The notes below the pieces were generated by a model that was not told the origin of the DNA, searched no databases, and saw nothing but the letters and a program-made list of their open reading frames with translations. A program made the translations under genes and the position numbers. DNA of 59,312 bases from an uncultured Woeseiaceae bacterium (lineage in GTDB: Bacteria; Pseudomonadota; Gammaproteobacteria; Steroidobacterales; Woeseiaceae): the NCBI GenBank assembly GCA_964611535.1, contig CAZTAE010000001.1:1-59312 (forward strand). The letters are read 5' to 3'. Shown piece by piece: positions 9,504 through 18,823 of the stretch (positions within the stretch are counted from its first letter, which is position 1; each line of letters starts with the position of its first letter).

Positions 9504-10709
9504 ATGGACCGGTATGACGTAGCGATTGCAGGGGGCGGCCTGGTTGGATGCGCTTCGGCTTACTACCTGTCCCGCAGCGGCGCAAAAGTCATCGTCCTCG
9601 AAGAGGGCGACCTGAACCTGCAGGCATCAGGGCGCAACGCAGGTTCCCTGCACTTTCAGCTCGAATATCGCCTGATCCGCTATGGCGACGAGCTCGCGGA
9701 GCAGTCCGCCCAGGTCATACCACTGACGCTGGCGGCCCTCGAAGACTGGCGCGAGCTGGAGGGTGAATTGCAGGCGGACCTGGAAGTCGAGATGCACGGC
9801 GGCCTGATCGTGGCGGAGAGCAGCGCCGATCTGGAATCGCTGGAGAAAAGGCAGACGATCCAGGAGCGCTGGGGACTGCCAACCACGCTGCTTTCGGCCG
9901 CCGAAGTCCGCAAAATGGCACCCTATCTGTCAGACGACATCATCGGCGCCGGGTATTGCGCGCACGAGGGTCACGCGAATCCCCGCCTGGTCACCCTCGG
10001 CTTCGCGAGGGCGGCCGCCGATCAGGGTGCGAAACTCCTTCCGGGAACGCGCGTCGTCGCCATCGCCCGATCCGGAACCGGGTGGGAGCTCTCGGCAACG
10101 AGCCGCAGTGATGGCCCTGTGAAGGAGGTCGCTGCCGGAAAGATACTGAACGCCGCCGGCGCGTGGGCTGGTGAGCTTGCGGCGCTCGCGCATCTGCATT
10201 TGCCGATCTACCCGGTGCCGCTCCTGATGAACGTCCTCGAACGCAGCGATCCGTTCGTTCCTCATCTGGTGCAACATGCCAGCCGACCGCTTACGGTGAA
10301 ACAGGTAGCGGACGGAAACGTGCTGGCCGGCGGCGGATGGCCCGGGAGGTTTCGGAGGGCGGCTTCGGGTTTCGATACCCGGCCGCGGCCGGACGTGGTG
10401 GTGCCGAACGCGCTCGAGAACGTGCGCCTCGCCGCGCGCCTGATTCCCGCCGTCCGGCGGCTGCATCTTATCCGGGCCTGGGCCGGGGCAACCGGGGTGA
10501 CGGCGGATCAGATGCCGCTGCTCGGGGAGATTCCGGAAGCACCGGGCTTCTACGTCGCCGCCGGAGGGGCGGCGTTCACCCACGGCCCGACCTACGCGCG
10601 ACTGATCAGCGAAATGGTGAGCGGACAGAAGCCGTCGTACTCCATCGACCTCTACAGCCCCTCGCGCTTCAGTCACGTGAACAACTTCATGGCGGCAGGA
10701 TCGGCATGA
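9504..10709 (+). CDS. FAD-dependent oxidoreductase (DAO family; HcnC / OoxB / LhpB-like beta subunit)
   Basis: 401 aa with the N-terminal Rossmann motif YDVAIAGGGLVGCASAYYLSRSGAKVIVLEE. The overall layout is D-amino-acid-oxidase-like. The stop overlaps the next start as ATGA. Confidence 0.85.
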   Translation: MDRYDVAIAGGGLVGCASAYYLSRSGAKVIVLEEGDLNLQASGRNAGSLHFQLEYRLIRYGDELAEQSAQVIPLTLAALEDWRELEGELQADLEVEMHGGLIVAESSADLESLEKRQTIQERWGLPTTLLSAAEVRKMAPYLSDDIIGAGYCAHEGHANPRLVTLGFARAAADQGAKLLPGTRVVAIARSGTGWELSATSRSDGPVKEVAAGKILNAAGAWAGELAALAHLHLPIYPVPLLMNVLERSDPFVPHLVQHASRPLTVKQVADGNVLAGGGWPGRFRRAASGFDTRPRPDVVVPNALENVRLAARLIPAVRRLHLIRAWAGATGVTADQMPLLGEIPEAPGFYVAAGGAAFTHGPTYARLISEMVSGQKPSYSIDLYSPSRFSHVNNFMAAGSA

Positions 10710-11029
10710 GCCGTCGTGTTACAGCGGGCGTCGAGCGTCCGGCAGCCGTGTCCATCGTCGTCAACGGCGTTGCTGTCCCTGCTTACGAGGGGGAGTCGAT
10801 CATGACTGCCGTGATGGCTTCGGGCAGGGTCGCCTTCACGCGCGGCCGCTTCGGGCACGCCCGCGGGCCTTTCTGCAACATGGGCATCTGCTTCGACTGC
10901 CTGGTCCTGGTGGAGGATCCGGCGCACCCGGGAGCCGTGCCGACCCGGGTCCGGTCGTGCCTGGCGACAGTTCGCGACGGGCTGCGCGTCACCGTCGCGG
11001 AAATACCGGTAGCCGCCGTTGACTCCTGA
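10706..11029 (+). CDS. (2Fe-2S)-binding small subunit (HcnA / LhpF-like)
   Basis: In-frame ATG at 10706 within ORF 10337..11029 gives 107 aa: MSRRVTAGVERPAAVSIVVNGVAVPAYEGESIMTAVMA...GPFCNMGICFDCLVLV. The Cys-rich CxxxxCxxC signature matches the small subunit of these dehydrogenases. Confidence 0.75.
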   Translation: MSRRVTAGVERPAAVSIVVNGVAVPAYEGESIMTAVMASGRVAFTRGRFGHARGPFCNMGICFDCLVLVEDPAHPGAVPTRVRSCLATVRDGLRVTVAEIPVAAVDS

Positions 11030-12464
11030 GCTCGGGCTGGCCGGGGACGACTCCTTCGACGTCGCCGTCATCGGTGCCGGGCCGGCCGGCCTGGCCGCAA
11101 CGGAGATTCTCCGACGTTACGGCTTGACGAGTATCGTCATAGACGAACAACCGCGGGCCGGCGGACAGATACTGCGCCAGCCCCCGGAAACGTTTCGCGT
11201 CGCAGGCTGGATGACGTCTCCTCTGTACAGGCTCAGCAAGCGCCTGCTGCGCGACGTAGCGGATCGGCCGGATTCTCCGTGGCTCTTCAGCACGACCGTT
11301 CTCGGCCTGGTGCGTGAGCAAAAGGGATCTTTTCAGCTCTGGCTGCAGAACGAACGGGGCTGTGGCTCCATCACCGCGGACGCCGTACTGGTCGCCTCCG
11401 GCTGCTATGAGCGGCCCCTGGCTTTCCCCGGCTGGACGCTGCCCGGCGTGATGGGAGCGGGCGCGATACAGGCCTTCGTCAAGAGCCAGCAGTTCGTGCC
11501 GGGCGACAGATTTCTTTTCGCGGGCAGCCATCCGCTGCAGCTCGTGGTGGCTGACCAGTTGCTCGCCGCCGGCGCCGACGTCGCGGCAGTGGTCTTCAGC
11601 CAGTCGCCCGCCGCCGTCATGGCGATGGCCGGGCAGCCCCTGGCAGCGGTTCAGGGCGCGCTCCAGCTGGGGGAAACGGCCAGAATGCTCCGGCGGCTGC
11701 GCCGCGCCGCGGTGCCGCTGCATTTCGGCAGCTCGGTCGTGAGCGCACACGGCTGCGGTGAGGTGACGGGGGCTACCATAGCACCGGTTGACGGAGCAGG
11801 CCGACCCGATCGCGACCGAAGCGAGACGATACCCTGTAACCGGGTGGGCGTCTGTTACGGATTCGCCGCTTCGTCCGAACTTGCGCGACAGGCGGGCGCG
11901 GAGGCGTTTTACCGTCCGCACGACGGCGGCTGGCTGATACGGCGCGATCGCTGGTTCGAATCCACCGTGCCCCGCCTGTTCGTCGCGGGCGAGGTCACCG
12001 GGCTCGCAGGCGCCGACGCGTCGCTCTACAAGGGGCGGATCGCGGGCGTCGGGCTGGCGAGAGCGCTGTCGAGAATCGGCGACCGCGAAGCCGCTCGTCT
12101 GGCTCGTCCGGCCCGGCGGGCTTTGAGACGGCACGAGCGGTTTGCCACGGCCCTGAACCGGCTGTCGCGTCCACCGGAAGGCCTGGCTGACGCAGTGATG
12201 ACGGACGAAACCTGCATCTGCCGCTGCGAATCCGTTTCGTGCGGGGCCCTGCGTCGGGTGCTTTCGGAGCACGACCATATCCGCACGGCGAATGCGGCGA
12301 AGCTCGCCACCCGCGCCGGCATGGGCATGTGCCAGGGCCGCCTGTGCGCGCACAACGTGATGCAGCTGGTATCGGACGCGCGGCGCATCGCCGCAACCGA
12401 CGTCGGCGCGTTCCAGATTCAGTTTCCGGTAAAGCCCCTGAACGTGTCCCTGCTGAGCGACTGA
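11019..12464 (+). CDS. NAD(P)/FAD-dependent oxidoreductase with BFD-like [2Fe-2S] domain (HcnB / OoxA / LhpE-like)
   Basis: 481 aa with the dinucleotide motif FDVAVIGAGPAGLAATE. Cysteine pairs CICRCESVSCG and GMGMCQGRLC are typical of a BFD-like domain. It overlaps the preceding gene by 11 nt. Confidence 0.8.
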   Translation: MTPELGLAGDDSFDVAVIGAGPAGLAATEILRRYGLTSIVIDEQPRAGGQILRQPPETFRVAGWMTSPLYRLSKRLLRDVADRPDSPWLFSTTVLGLVREQKGSFQLWLQNERGCGSITADAVLVASGCYERPLAFPGWTLPGVMGAGAIQAFVKSQQFVPGDRFLFAGSHPLQLVVADQLLAAGADVAAVVFSQSPAAVMAMAGQPLAAVQGALQLGETARMLRRLRRAAVPLHFGSSVVSAHGCGEVTGATIAPVDGAGRPDRDRSETIPCNRVGVCYGFAASSELARQAGAEAFYRPHDGGWLIRRDRWFESTVPRLFVAGEVTGLAGADASLYKGRIAGVGLARALSRIGDREAARLARPARRALRRHERFATALNRLSRPPEGLADAVMTDETCICRCESVSCGALRRVLSEHDHIRTANAAKLATRAGMGMCQGRLCAHNVMQLVSDARRIAATDVGAFQIQFPVKPLNVSLLSD

Positions 12465-12470
12465 CGCGCG

Positions 12471-13787
12471 TCAGCCAGAGAAGATCTCCACGTACTTCGG
12501 CAGGTTGATAACCGCGAGTGCGGCCGACAGCAGGAGCCCGGCACCGAGGATCGCATTACGCACCGGGCTGGCCGTGTGCGCGCCCATAACGTCCTTGCGG
12601 TTGGCAAGGATTATGAGTGCGACGAAAACCAGCGGAATCACGACCGTGTTGACGCTCATCAACAGCAGGTTCTTGAACAGCGCCGGAAATGTCCAGAGCG
12701 GCGCAAGCAGCGCCGGCAATGCGATCCCCACGATGAGGAGACGCTTGAAATGCCGGTTCGCCTTCGAGTAGTGCCACGGAAGGCGGAACATGTCGAGGCA
12801 GATGTAACTGATGATTTCCACGACGACCACGAACGTGGTCAGCGCCGCCATGAACAGTCCGGCTGAGAAGACGACGGGTCCGAGAAAGCCGAGTCCCTCC
12901 GGAAACGCCCGGACGAGGATCATGCTGGCCTCGTGAATCGAGTCGATCGCGGCATGGTTCACCAGTGGGAACAGCGCGAAGCCGCCGGCGATGATGACCA
13001 GCAGGGAGTAGCCGCCGTAGATGAACCCGAGATTGATCACGGACCTCCTGAGTTCTCCCTTGAGATCCGGGGGACCGCTGCTGTTGTCCGCGCTCATGTA
13101 GGGAATGCCCAGCAATGCACCCGGCGCAAGGACGCTGCCAATGATCGCAATGATCGAGATTCCGCTGTGGCGGACGGCGTCGCTGCCGGGGACAGGAACA
13201 TCGGGCGGTACGCCGGGCATGAAGCCCAGGGCGATGTCGCCGATCTCCTGGAAGCCTCGCAGGGCAACTGCCAGGATGCAGAAGAACATGAGAACCATGA
13301 AGCCGGTCATGATCCTCTGCATCCGGTGGTAACCCTCCGAGGTGAGCATCCATATGACGATGATGGCGAACAGTATCGCCAGGCCGAACTCCAGAGCCTG
13401 GTAGCCGCCTGTGCTCGCTTCCGCGGCTGGCGGATGGACCCCGAGGACGGCCAGGAAGGCCGACGTCATCACCGACATCTGGCCCATTGCGATGAACAGG
13501 TGAACCGGCACATTGACGAGCAGGATCAGCCAGGCGACCCCCGGGTGTATCTTCTCCCGGATCAGGGAAAGCATCCCGCGGTCCGGGTTCAGCAGCCCTA
13601 CCCGCGAAGCGGAATCCAGCGCGAGCACGAACAGGGGCAGGATGAGAACCGCAGCCCACAGTAGCTCGTAGCGAAACCATGCCCCGGCCAGTATCAGTGA
13701 CGAGGTCGCACCCGCCCCCATCGTTCCGGCCGCGATGACGGCGGCCGGGCCGATGATCTTCCTGAAGAAGGCGACCAGCGCGCCCAT
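12471..13787 (-). CDS. NRAMP-family (MntH-like fold) membrane transporter, atypical
   Basis: ORF 12471..13820, with the likely start MGALVAFF at 13787. It is polytopic and hydrophobic. The TM1 region GPAAVIAAGTMGAGATSSLILAGAWFRYELLW lines up with the MntH pattern [32 protein letters not shown], but the DPGN metal motif is missing. Confidence 0.75.
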   Translation of the reverse strand: MGALVAFFRKIIGPAAVIAAGTMGAGATSSLILAGAWFRYELLWAAVLILPLFVLALDSASRVGLLNPDRGMLSLIREKIHPGVAWLILLVNVPVHLFIAMGQMSVMTSAFLAVLGVHPPAAEASTGGYQALEFGLAILFAIIVIWMLTSEGYHRMQRIMTGFMVLMFFCILAVALRGFQEIGDIALGFMPGVPPDVPVPGSDAVRHSGISIIAIIGSVLAPGALLGIPYMSADNSSGPPDLKGELRRSVINLGFIYGGYSLLVIIAGGFALFPLVNHAAIDSIHEASMILVRAFPEGLGFLGPVVFSAGLFMAALTTFVVVVEIISYICLDMFRLPWHYSKANRHFKRLLIVGIALPALLAPLWTFPALFKNLLLMSVNTVVIPLVFVALIILANRKDVMGAHTASPVRNAILGAGLLLSAALAVINLPKYVEIFSG

Positions 13788-13880
13788 CACGCGTGCGAGC
13801 CGCCCGGCGCATCGGCGCACGCCGCCGCGAGTCGACTCGACGACGACGAAGGGCGTCGCAGAGCCGGGCTGTCGAAAGGG

Positions 13881-14606
13881 TCATTGCGCAACACGAAATT
13901 CCCGGCCGCTTGCCAGCGTCAGCGATGACCCGTCGAACGTCGCCTGCATCACCGTGTCCCGCAGATTCTGCGCCCCGGCGCGATCGCCTTCTGTCCAGCG
14001 TTCGATCTGCAGGGTGAGGTCGTCTCCGCTCCGCTCGAAGGTCCCGAAGCCGCTCACGCTGCTGCTTTCGCTGCCGTGAACCAGGATGAAATAACCGTCG
14101 GTCAGCGAGAAGGCGCCCTCCTCCAGCTCGTACACCTCCCCGTCTCCCGGCCCGAGCAGCTCGAATTCCTGTACCGTCCCGGTGCCGAAGACGAGCGTCA
14201 GTTCATCGCCCGATCGGCTGACGGACACGTCATGCTCGGTGTTGGCGCGGAAGGACAGAGGCGGATCGTCCTGGGGAGACACACTGATCGTTTGCTCCGC
14301 TACCAGCTGCACCGAACCAGCCGCAGCCGTATACGGCCCGGCGTGCGCCATCGCGCCCTGCTCTTCGTACGGCTCCCCGTCGAAAACCGCCTGTTGAAGA
14401 AACGTTCCCTCGTTGAACAGAAAGACGCCGGCCAGCGGCATGTCCTGTCCGCCGGAGGTCGTCAGGCCGGTATAACGCCAGAGCCCTTCCACCTGCTCAC
14501 CGGTGGAGGCCGGCTCAGAGCCGTCGCAGGCGGTGAGGCCCGCTCCCTGGAACAGGAAGGCAGTCAGCAGGACGGCCCGTACGGAAATCGACTGGTAATT
14601 CATCAC
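13881..14606 (-). CDS. Hypothetical lipoprotein
   Basis: 241 aa with a lipobox signal peptide (VLLTAFLFQGAGLTAC). The mature part is acidic and Gly/Ser/Thr-rich. I recognise no family motif. Confidence 0.6.
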   Translation of the reverse strand: MMNYQSISVRAVLLTAFLFQGAGLTACDGSEPASTGEQVEGLWRYTGLTTSGGQDMPLAGVFLFNEGTFLQQAVFDGEPYEEQGAMAHAGPYTAAAGSVQLVAEQTISVSPQDDPPLSFRANTEHDVSVSRSGDELTLVFGTGTVQEFELLGPGDGEVYELEEGAFSLTDGYFILVHGSESSSVSGFGTFERSGDDLTLQIERWTEGDRAGAQNLRDTVMQATFDGSSLTLASGREFRVAQ

Positions 14607-14691
14607 TGTCCCCCGATGTTGTGTTGGCTAATCCGATCGCGCTTTCAGCTTCATGTCCGAAAGTCACTAAGCTCCGAAGCCCCCCGCAGTG

Positions 14692-16575
14692 CTACCTGTC
14701 AGCCGATGCAAGGTCGCTGGCATCCTCACCGAACAAGGCTTCCCTTACCAGATCGGGTGGTAACGCGCCGACGCTCAGCAGCCTGTCGTACAACTCGCTG
14801 GGCGGCGACGGTTCCCCATATCGCTCGATGTAATCGTCGCGGATCTTCACGATCTCCTGCATCCCGATCAGGTAACCCAGGACATAGGTCGGCCTTTCCG
14901 TATACATGCCGACTTCGAGCTCAGCCGCGTAGCGTTCGAACCTCACCTTCCCGGCAAGGAAGTCCACCGCCTCATCGAAGCTCATCCGGTTCGTATGCAG
15001 GCTGACGTCCAGAATGACCCGCGCCGCGCGCCATAGCCGGTTCCTGAGCTGGGTCAGACGAACGTCGTCGCCCGTGAGGAAGCCCTGCTCGTACATCATC
15101 TCTTCGGTAAACAGGCCCCAGCCTTCCGAGAAGATTGGTTCCCGCACCACCTTGCGCAGGATGCGCGGATTCTCTCTCGTCTTGAGGGCATCCACGTGGT
15201 GTCCGGGATACGCTTCATGAACGGCAATGATGGGTATCCAGGCATAATGATGCGAACGAAGGCGCGCCGCCTGTTGCTCCGGCGACATCCAGTCCTCGAT
15301 CGGCGTCAAGACGAGACGGCCCTCGAGTCCCTCGTCGAACTGATCAACGGACTGAAACGTTCCGAAGGGCGAGGATCTGCGCATCGCCGGCGGCGTGTCC
15401 ACGGTTATGACGCGCTCGCCTTCCGGCAATGTCACGATGCTGTGTTCCTTCACGAACGCCTGCGCGGCGTCTATCTCCTTCTGGTAGGCCGCCTTGATCC
15501 CGTCGGCTGGCGGATGCTCGTCCTGCAGACGGTCATAGACCACGCTCCAGTGTTTGCCGGGCTCGATGCGTTCGGCTACTTCCTGAGCCAGCGCCTCGGT
15601 CTCCTCGAAGGCCTGCCGGCCGCGAGCCAGAATGTCGTCCGCATCCGCGTCGAGGAACCAGCGATGCTGCAGGATATAGTCGTAGTGTTCCTTGCCGATT
15701 GCCCAGTCGCCCGTGGACCGCTTCAGCAGATCGTCGCTGAGAAAGCTTTCATACTCTTCGAGCGCCCTGCTCGCCCGTTCCAGGGCAACCGTGAAGTTCT
15801 CAGCGTCAGTATCGGCCTCTTCCAGCAGGATCGGTGCGTCCTCCTGCAAGCTGTTCAGCGTGCCCCGAGTCTTGAAGACAGCCGCTTCGGTGTAGCGGCG
15901 AGGCGGATTCCCCAGGTTGCGCCGGCCTTCGGCAAGCCGGTCCGGGATGGTCTCCAGCAACGACTCGAGCGAGACCATCCGTTCCACGGCGGGCTCAGCC
16001 GCCATTGGCTCGATCAGGCGACCGATCTGATACGCCGGGACGTACAAGGAAGCATCGTTTTCCCAGAGTCGCCGCCGTTCCGCACTGTAAACCTCCGACT
16101 CCAGAATGCCGATCATCACACGACGATCGATCTGCTCAGCGAGCGACAGCTTCTCCGGATCGATGGCCGATATCTCCTCGAGCAGCTCGCGGTCGGCGGC
16201 GATGTCATTGAGAAAGGCATCCGCAGATACGTCGCGGAGCTCCATGCGGTCATCCCGAGCCCTGCGCGCTTCGACGAAGGTGTCAATCAGCGACTCCAGC
16301 TCCGCCGACGACTGCTGGCGCTCAAGTCCCCTGCCCTCCGCCTGCCCTGTCGGCTCGGCAACTGCCTGCCGCTCGGACGACTTCTCGCAAGCCGACACCG
16401 CCAGGGCCAGGGCAGCCAGGCCAGCCGGCAGCGTGCAGCGCGTCACGCGCCGTGTCGACGCATCCAATTTCGAAAGCACGGTTCCCCCTGTCTGCTTCGA
16501 CCCGGCAATTGCCGGTGCCGCCCGGCGCGTTTTGCAGGGAACAAGGCAGTACGCGCCCCGCGCGCGGCGCTTCAC
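14692..16575 (-). CDS. DUF885-family protein (putative lipoprotein)
   Basis: 627 aa with the lipobox-like LAALALAVSAC. The HEAYPGHH motif and the following FSEGWGLFTEEMM are characteristic of DUF885. The start overlaps the stop of the upstream DapA-like gene by 4 nt. Confidence 0.8.
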   Translation of the reverse strand: MKRRARGAYCLVPCKTRRAAPAIAGSKQTGGTVLSKLDASTRRVTRCTLPAGLAALALAVSACEKSSERQAVAEPTGQAEGRGLERQQSSAELESLIDTFVEARRARDDRMELRDVSADAFLNDIAADRELLEEISAIDPEKLSLAEQIDRRVMIGILESEVYSAERRRLWENDASLYVPAYQIGRLIEPMAAEPAVERMVSLESLLETIPDRLAEGRRNLGNPPRRYTEAAVFKTRGTLNSLQEDAPILLEEADTDAENFTVALERASRALEEYESFLSDDLLKRSTGDWAIGKEHYDYILQHRWFLDADADDILARGRQAFEETEALAQEVAERIEPGKHWSVVYDRLQDEHPPADGIKAAYQKEIDAAQAFVKEHSIVTLPEGERVITVDTPPAMRRSSPFGTFQSVDQFDEGLEGRLVLTPIEDWMSPEQQAARLRSHHYAWIPIIAVHEAYPGHHVDALKTRENPRILRKVVREPIFSEGWGLFTEEMMYEQGFLTGDDVRLTQLRNRLWRAARVILDVSLHTNRMSFDEAVDFLAGKVRFERYAAELEVGMYTERPTYVLGYLIGMQEIVKIRDDYIERYGEPSPPSELYDRLLSVGALPPDLVREALFGEDASDLASADR

Positions 16576-17588
16576 AACCGTCCCAGCTCTGCCAGTGTCT
16601 CTCTCACCAGGTCTACCTCGTGGTTCGAGAGCGGCAGGATCGGACGGCGCGGAAAACCTCCGGGTAGACCCTGCAGGTTCAATGCGGTCTTGAATATCGC
16701 CTGAGCCGAGCCGAACTTCGCCGTATAGTCGGACCTGAACCAGTCCCGCATGATGCGCTGGTCCTGACTCCCGAGCGCGAGCGCCCTGTCACGATCACCG
16801 TCCCACAGTGCATTGAAGAAATCCGCATGAGTTCGCCCCAATACAGCACCGGCACCCATCGTCCCGTCAGCCTCTCCGTTGCAGATAAAATCCGCTCCTG
16901 TCGCACTCATAGGCACGCCGAATATGCGGACGCTGTGGTTCAGGGAAGACATGACATCGAGAAAATGCTCCCGATCGGCCGTCGAATTCTTGATCGCCAC
17001 GACCATGTCCAGCTCGGCCAAATGCGCCAGTGTCGTCCGGTCCATATCGATGTTCGTGCCTGGCGGCCAGTTGTATACGCACACGGGCAGCGGCGTACCC
17101 TCGTTCACCTCCTCGTAGTAGGCGATGACCTCTCGCTCGCAAGGCCGGACGTAAGGCGGCGGTGTCAGCAGTATTCCGTCGAAGCCGCTTTTGGCCGCGG
17201 TGGCGGCGTTGCTTATCGCTTCGCTGGCAGTAAAAGCGTTGCAACCGGCTATCAGCGGCATTTTTCCCTTGAGGGCCTCCCCGACGGCGGCGAACAGCGT
17301 CGCCTTCTCCTGGCTGTTCATACTGAACCACTCACCGGTCGTTCCGGCGACGACGAGGCCGTGCATTCCCTCCTCCGCCAGCCAGTCCAGCAACTTGCGC
17401 AGGCGCGGCAGGTCCAGCTCGCCGTACTCGTCAAACGGAGTCGTTATCGCCGGGATGTAGCCGCGCCAGTCAACAGAATCACGATTCACTTTGGAGATAG
17501 CCCTGTTGCCGTTATTGGAACCGCAGACAAGCGCGCGTTCCGCGGCATGTCGGACAAGTAGCCTATGGGCGCTTGAATGATGTATCAA
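16572..17588 (-). CDS. Dihydrodipicolinate synthase/N-acetylneuraminate lyase family (DapA-like) class I aldolase/lyase
   Basis: Motifs: GYIPAITTPFDEYGELD, GLVVAGTTGEW, and VAIKNS with the Schiff-base lysine context. The first 33 codons or so have atypically low GC3, so the true start may be the GTG at 17489. Confidence 0.85.
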   Translation of the reverse strand: MIHHSSAHRLLVRHAAERALVCGSNNGNRAISKVNRDSVDWRGYIPAITTPFDEYGELDLPRLRKLLDWLAEEGMHGLVVAGTTGEWFSMNSQEKATLFAAVGEALKGKMPLIAGCNAFTASEAISNAATAAKSGFDGILLTPPPYVRPCEREVIAYYEEVNEGTPLPVCVYNWPPGTNIDMDRTTLAHLAELDMVVAIKNSTADREHFLDVMSSLNHSVRIFGVPMSATGADFICNGEADGTMGAGAVLGRTHADFFNALWDGDRDRALALGSQDQRIMRDWFRSDYTAKFGSAQAIFKTALNLQGLPGGFPRRPILPLSNHEVDLVRETLAELGRL

Positions 17589-17607
17589 TAACTGGATATA
17601 TTCGATT

Positions 17608-17628
17608 CTGTTGCGGCCACCGCAACAG
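17608..17628. promoter_or_regulatory. Perfect 9-bp inverted repeat in the lysR/dapA-like divergent region (candidate LTTR operator)
   Basis: CTGTTGCGG-cca-CCGCAACAG read directly. It lies between the divergent LysR regulator and the DapA-like operon. It contains a T-N11-A-compatible core (TTGCGG cca CCGCAA). Confidence 0.3.
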
Positions 17629-17675
17629 CTCGCCGGCTCCGCCGGCCGGGTGCTCCCTTACATAAGCCGGGATTA

Positions 17676-18587
17676 ATGCAGAAATTTCATGATCATCGGT
17701 TGCGTTACCTGGCCGAGGCCGTTCGGGGCGGCACGATGCGTGCCGCCAGCGAGAACCTGAACGTCGCTCCTTCCTCCATCAGCCGTCAGATCGCTCAGCT
17801 CGAAGAAGAACTCGGTGTACCGCTCATCGAACGGAGCCGGAGGCGGTTGAAGCTCACGGAAGCCGGCGAAATCGCGCTGAGCTACTACCGGGAGCTGACG
17901 ACGCAAGAGGAGGCGTTCGTCTCGCAACTGCGAGACCTGAAGGGCCTCAGGGGCGGAACCGTACGGCTCGCGGTCGGCGAGGCCCTCATCGGAGACCTGC
18001 TGCTGGGCGTGCTGCAGCGCTTCATGGAGGAGTATCCCGAAGTACGAATCGTGGTCCGCACGGCCGGGACCACCGATGTCGTCGCGATGATCATTGAGGA
18101 CGAAGCGCACATGGGAATGGTCTTCCAGGCAGCTCCTGACGCCAAGATCCGGGTAAGGGCCTCCTCGGATCAGCCCCTCAAGGTAATACTCCGGCCGGAC
18201 CACCCGCTGAGCGACCGGGCGTCGCTGAAGATGACCGACCTCGCCGGCGAACGGCTGGGCGTGCCGGAGAACTCCTTTCGCATCCGGCAGATTCTCGCCG
18301 CCGCGGAGTCCGAGGAACATGTATTCCTGAGCCCGGTCGTGGTCAGCAACTCGTTGCTCGTTCTCAAGGAATTCGCGCGGTTCGGATCCGGTATCACGGT
18401 GCTGCCCAGCATAGCCGCCCACAGCGAAATTGCGGCGGGCGTCCTCAAGGCCGTACCGATTGACCAGCCGGCGCTCATGCATACCAGCGCGGCCGTGATT
18501 ACCCGCCTCGGTCGACAGCTTCCCGTGGGCGCCGTCAGGTTGCTGCAGGAAATCGAAGCCCGGATGCCCTTTCTTCCCGCACCCTGA
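17676..18587 (+). CDS. LysR-family transcriptional regulator
   Basis: 303 aa with the N-terminal HTH LRYLAEAVRGGTMRAASENLNVAPSSISRQIAQLEEELGVPLIERSRR. A C-terminal substrate-binding domain follows. It is divergent from the DapA-like operon. Confidence 0.93.
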   Translation: MQKFHDHRLRYLAEAVRGGTMRAASENLNVAPSSISRQIAQLEEELGVPLIERSRRRLKLTEAGEIALSYYRELTTQEEAFVSQLRDLKGLRGGTVRLAVGEALIGDLLLGVLQRFMEEYPEVRIVVRTAGTTDVVAMIIEDEAHMGMVFQAAPDAKIRVRASSDQPLKVILRPDHPLSDRASLKMTDLAGERLGVPENSFRIRQILAAAESEEHVFLSPVVVSNSLLVLKEFARFGSGITVLPSIAAHSEIAAGVLKAVPIDQPALMHTSAAVITRLGRQLPVGAVRLLQEIEARMPFLPAP

Positions 18588-18823
18588 CGGCCGGGCCCGG
18601 CCGATCGGTGAGCGGACGGCGGCATGGGCGGTGCCGCCACCGCGGCACCGAATGATTGCATTCAGGACAATGAAAATGTGCATGAGATGTAATTGCCGCA
18701 CCGGAGGTTCTGTGGCAACGTGACGGTCAGCTCGACTCGAACGCCGTCTGCGTAAATGCCCGATGCCACGGCCAGCGTCCATGCCAGCCGCGGCCAGCGG
18801 AGCCCGCAGACCACCAGGCAGGA

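Noticed and set aside
9504-12464. Hydrogen cyanide synthase HcnABC
   Set aside because: The domain types match, but the gene order (DAO-type subunit first, then 2Fe-2S, then the HcnB-like subunit) differs from hcnABC. The context (DapA-like lyase, RidA, LysR, peptidases) fits amino or imino acid catabolism better. I keep it only as an alternative.
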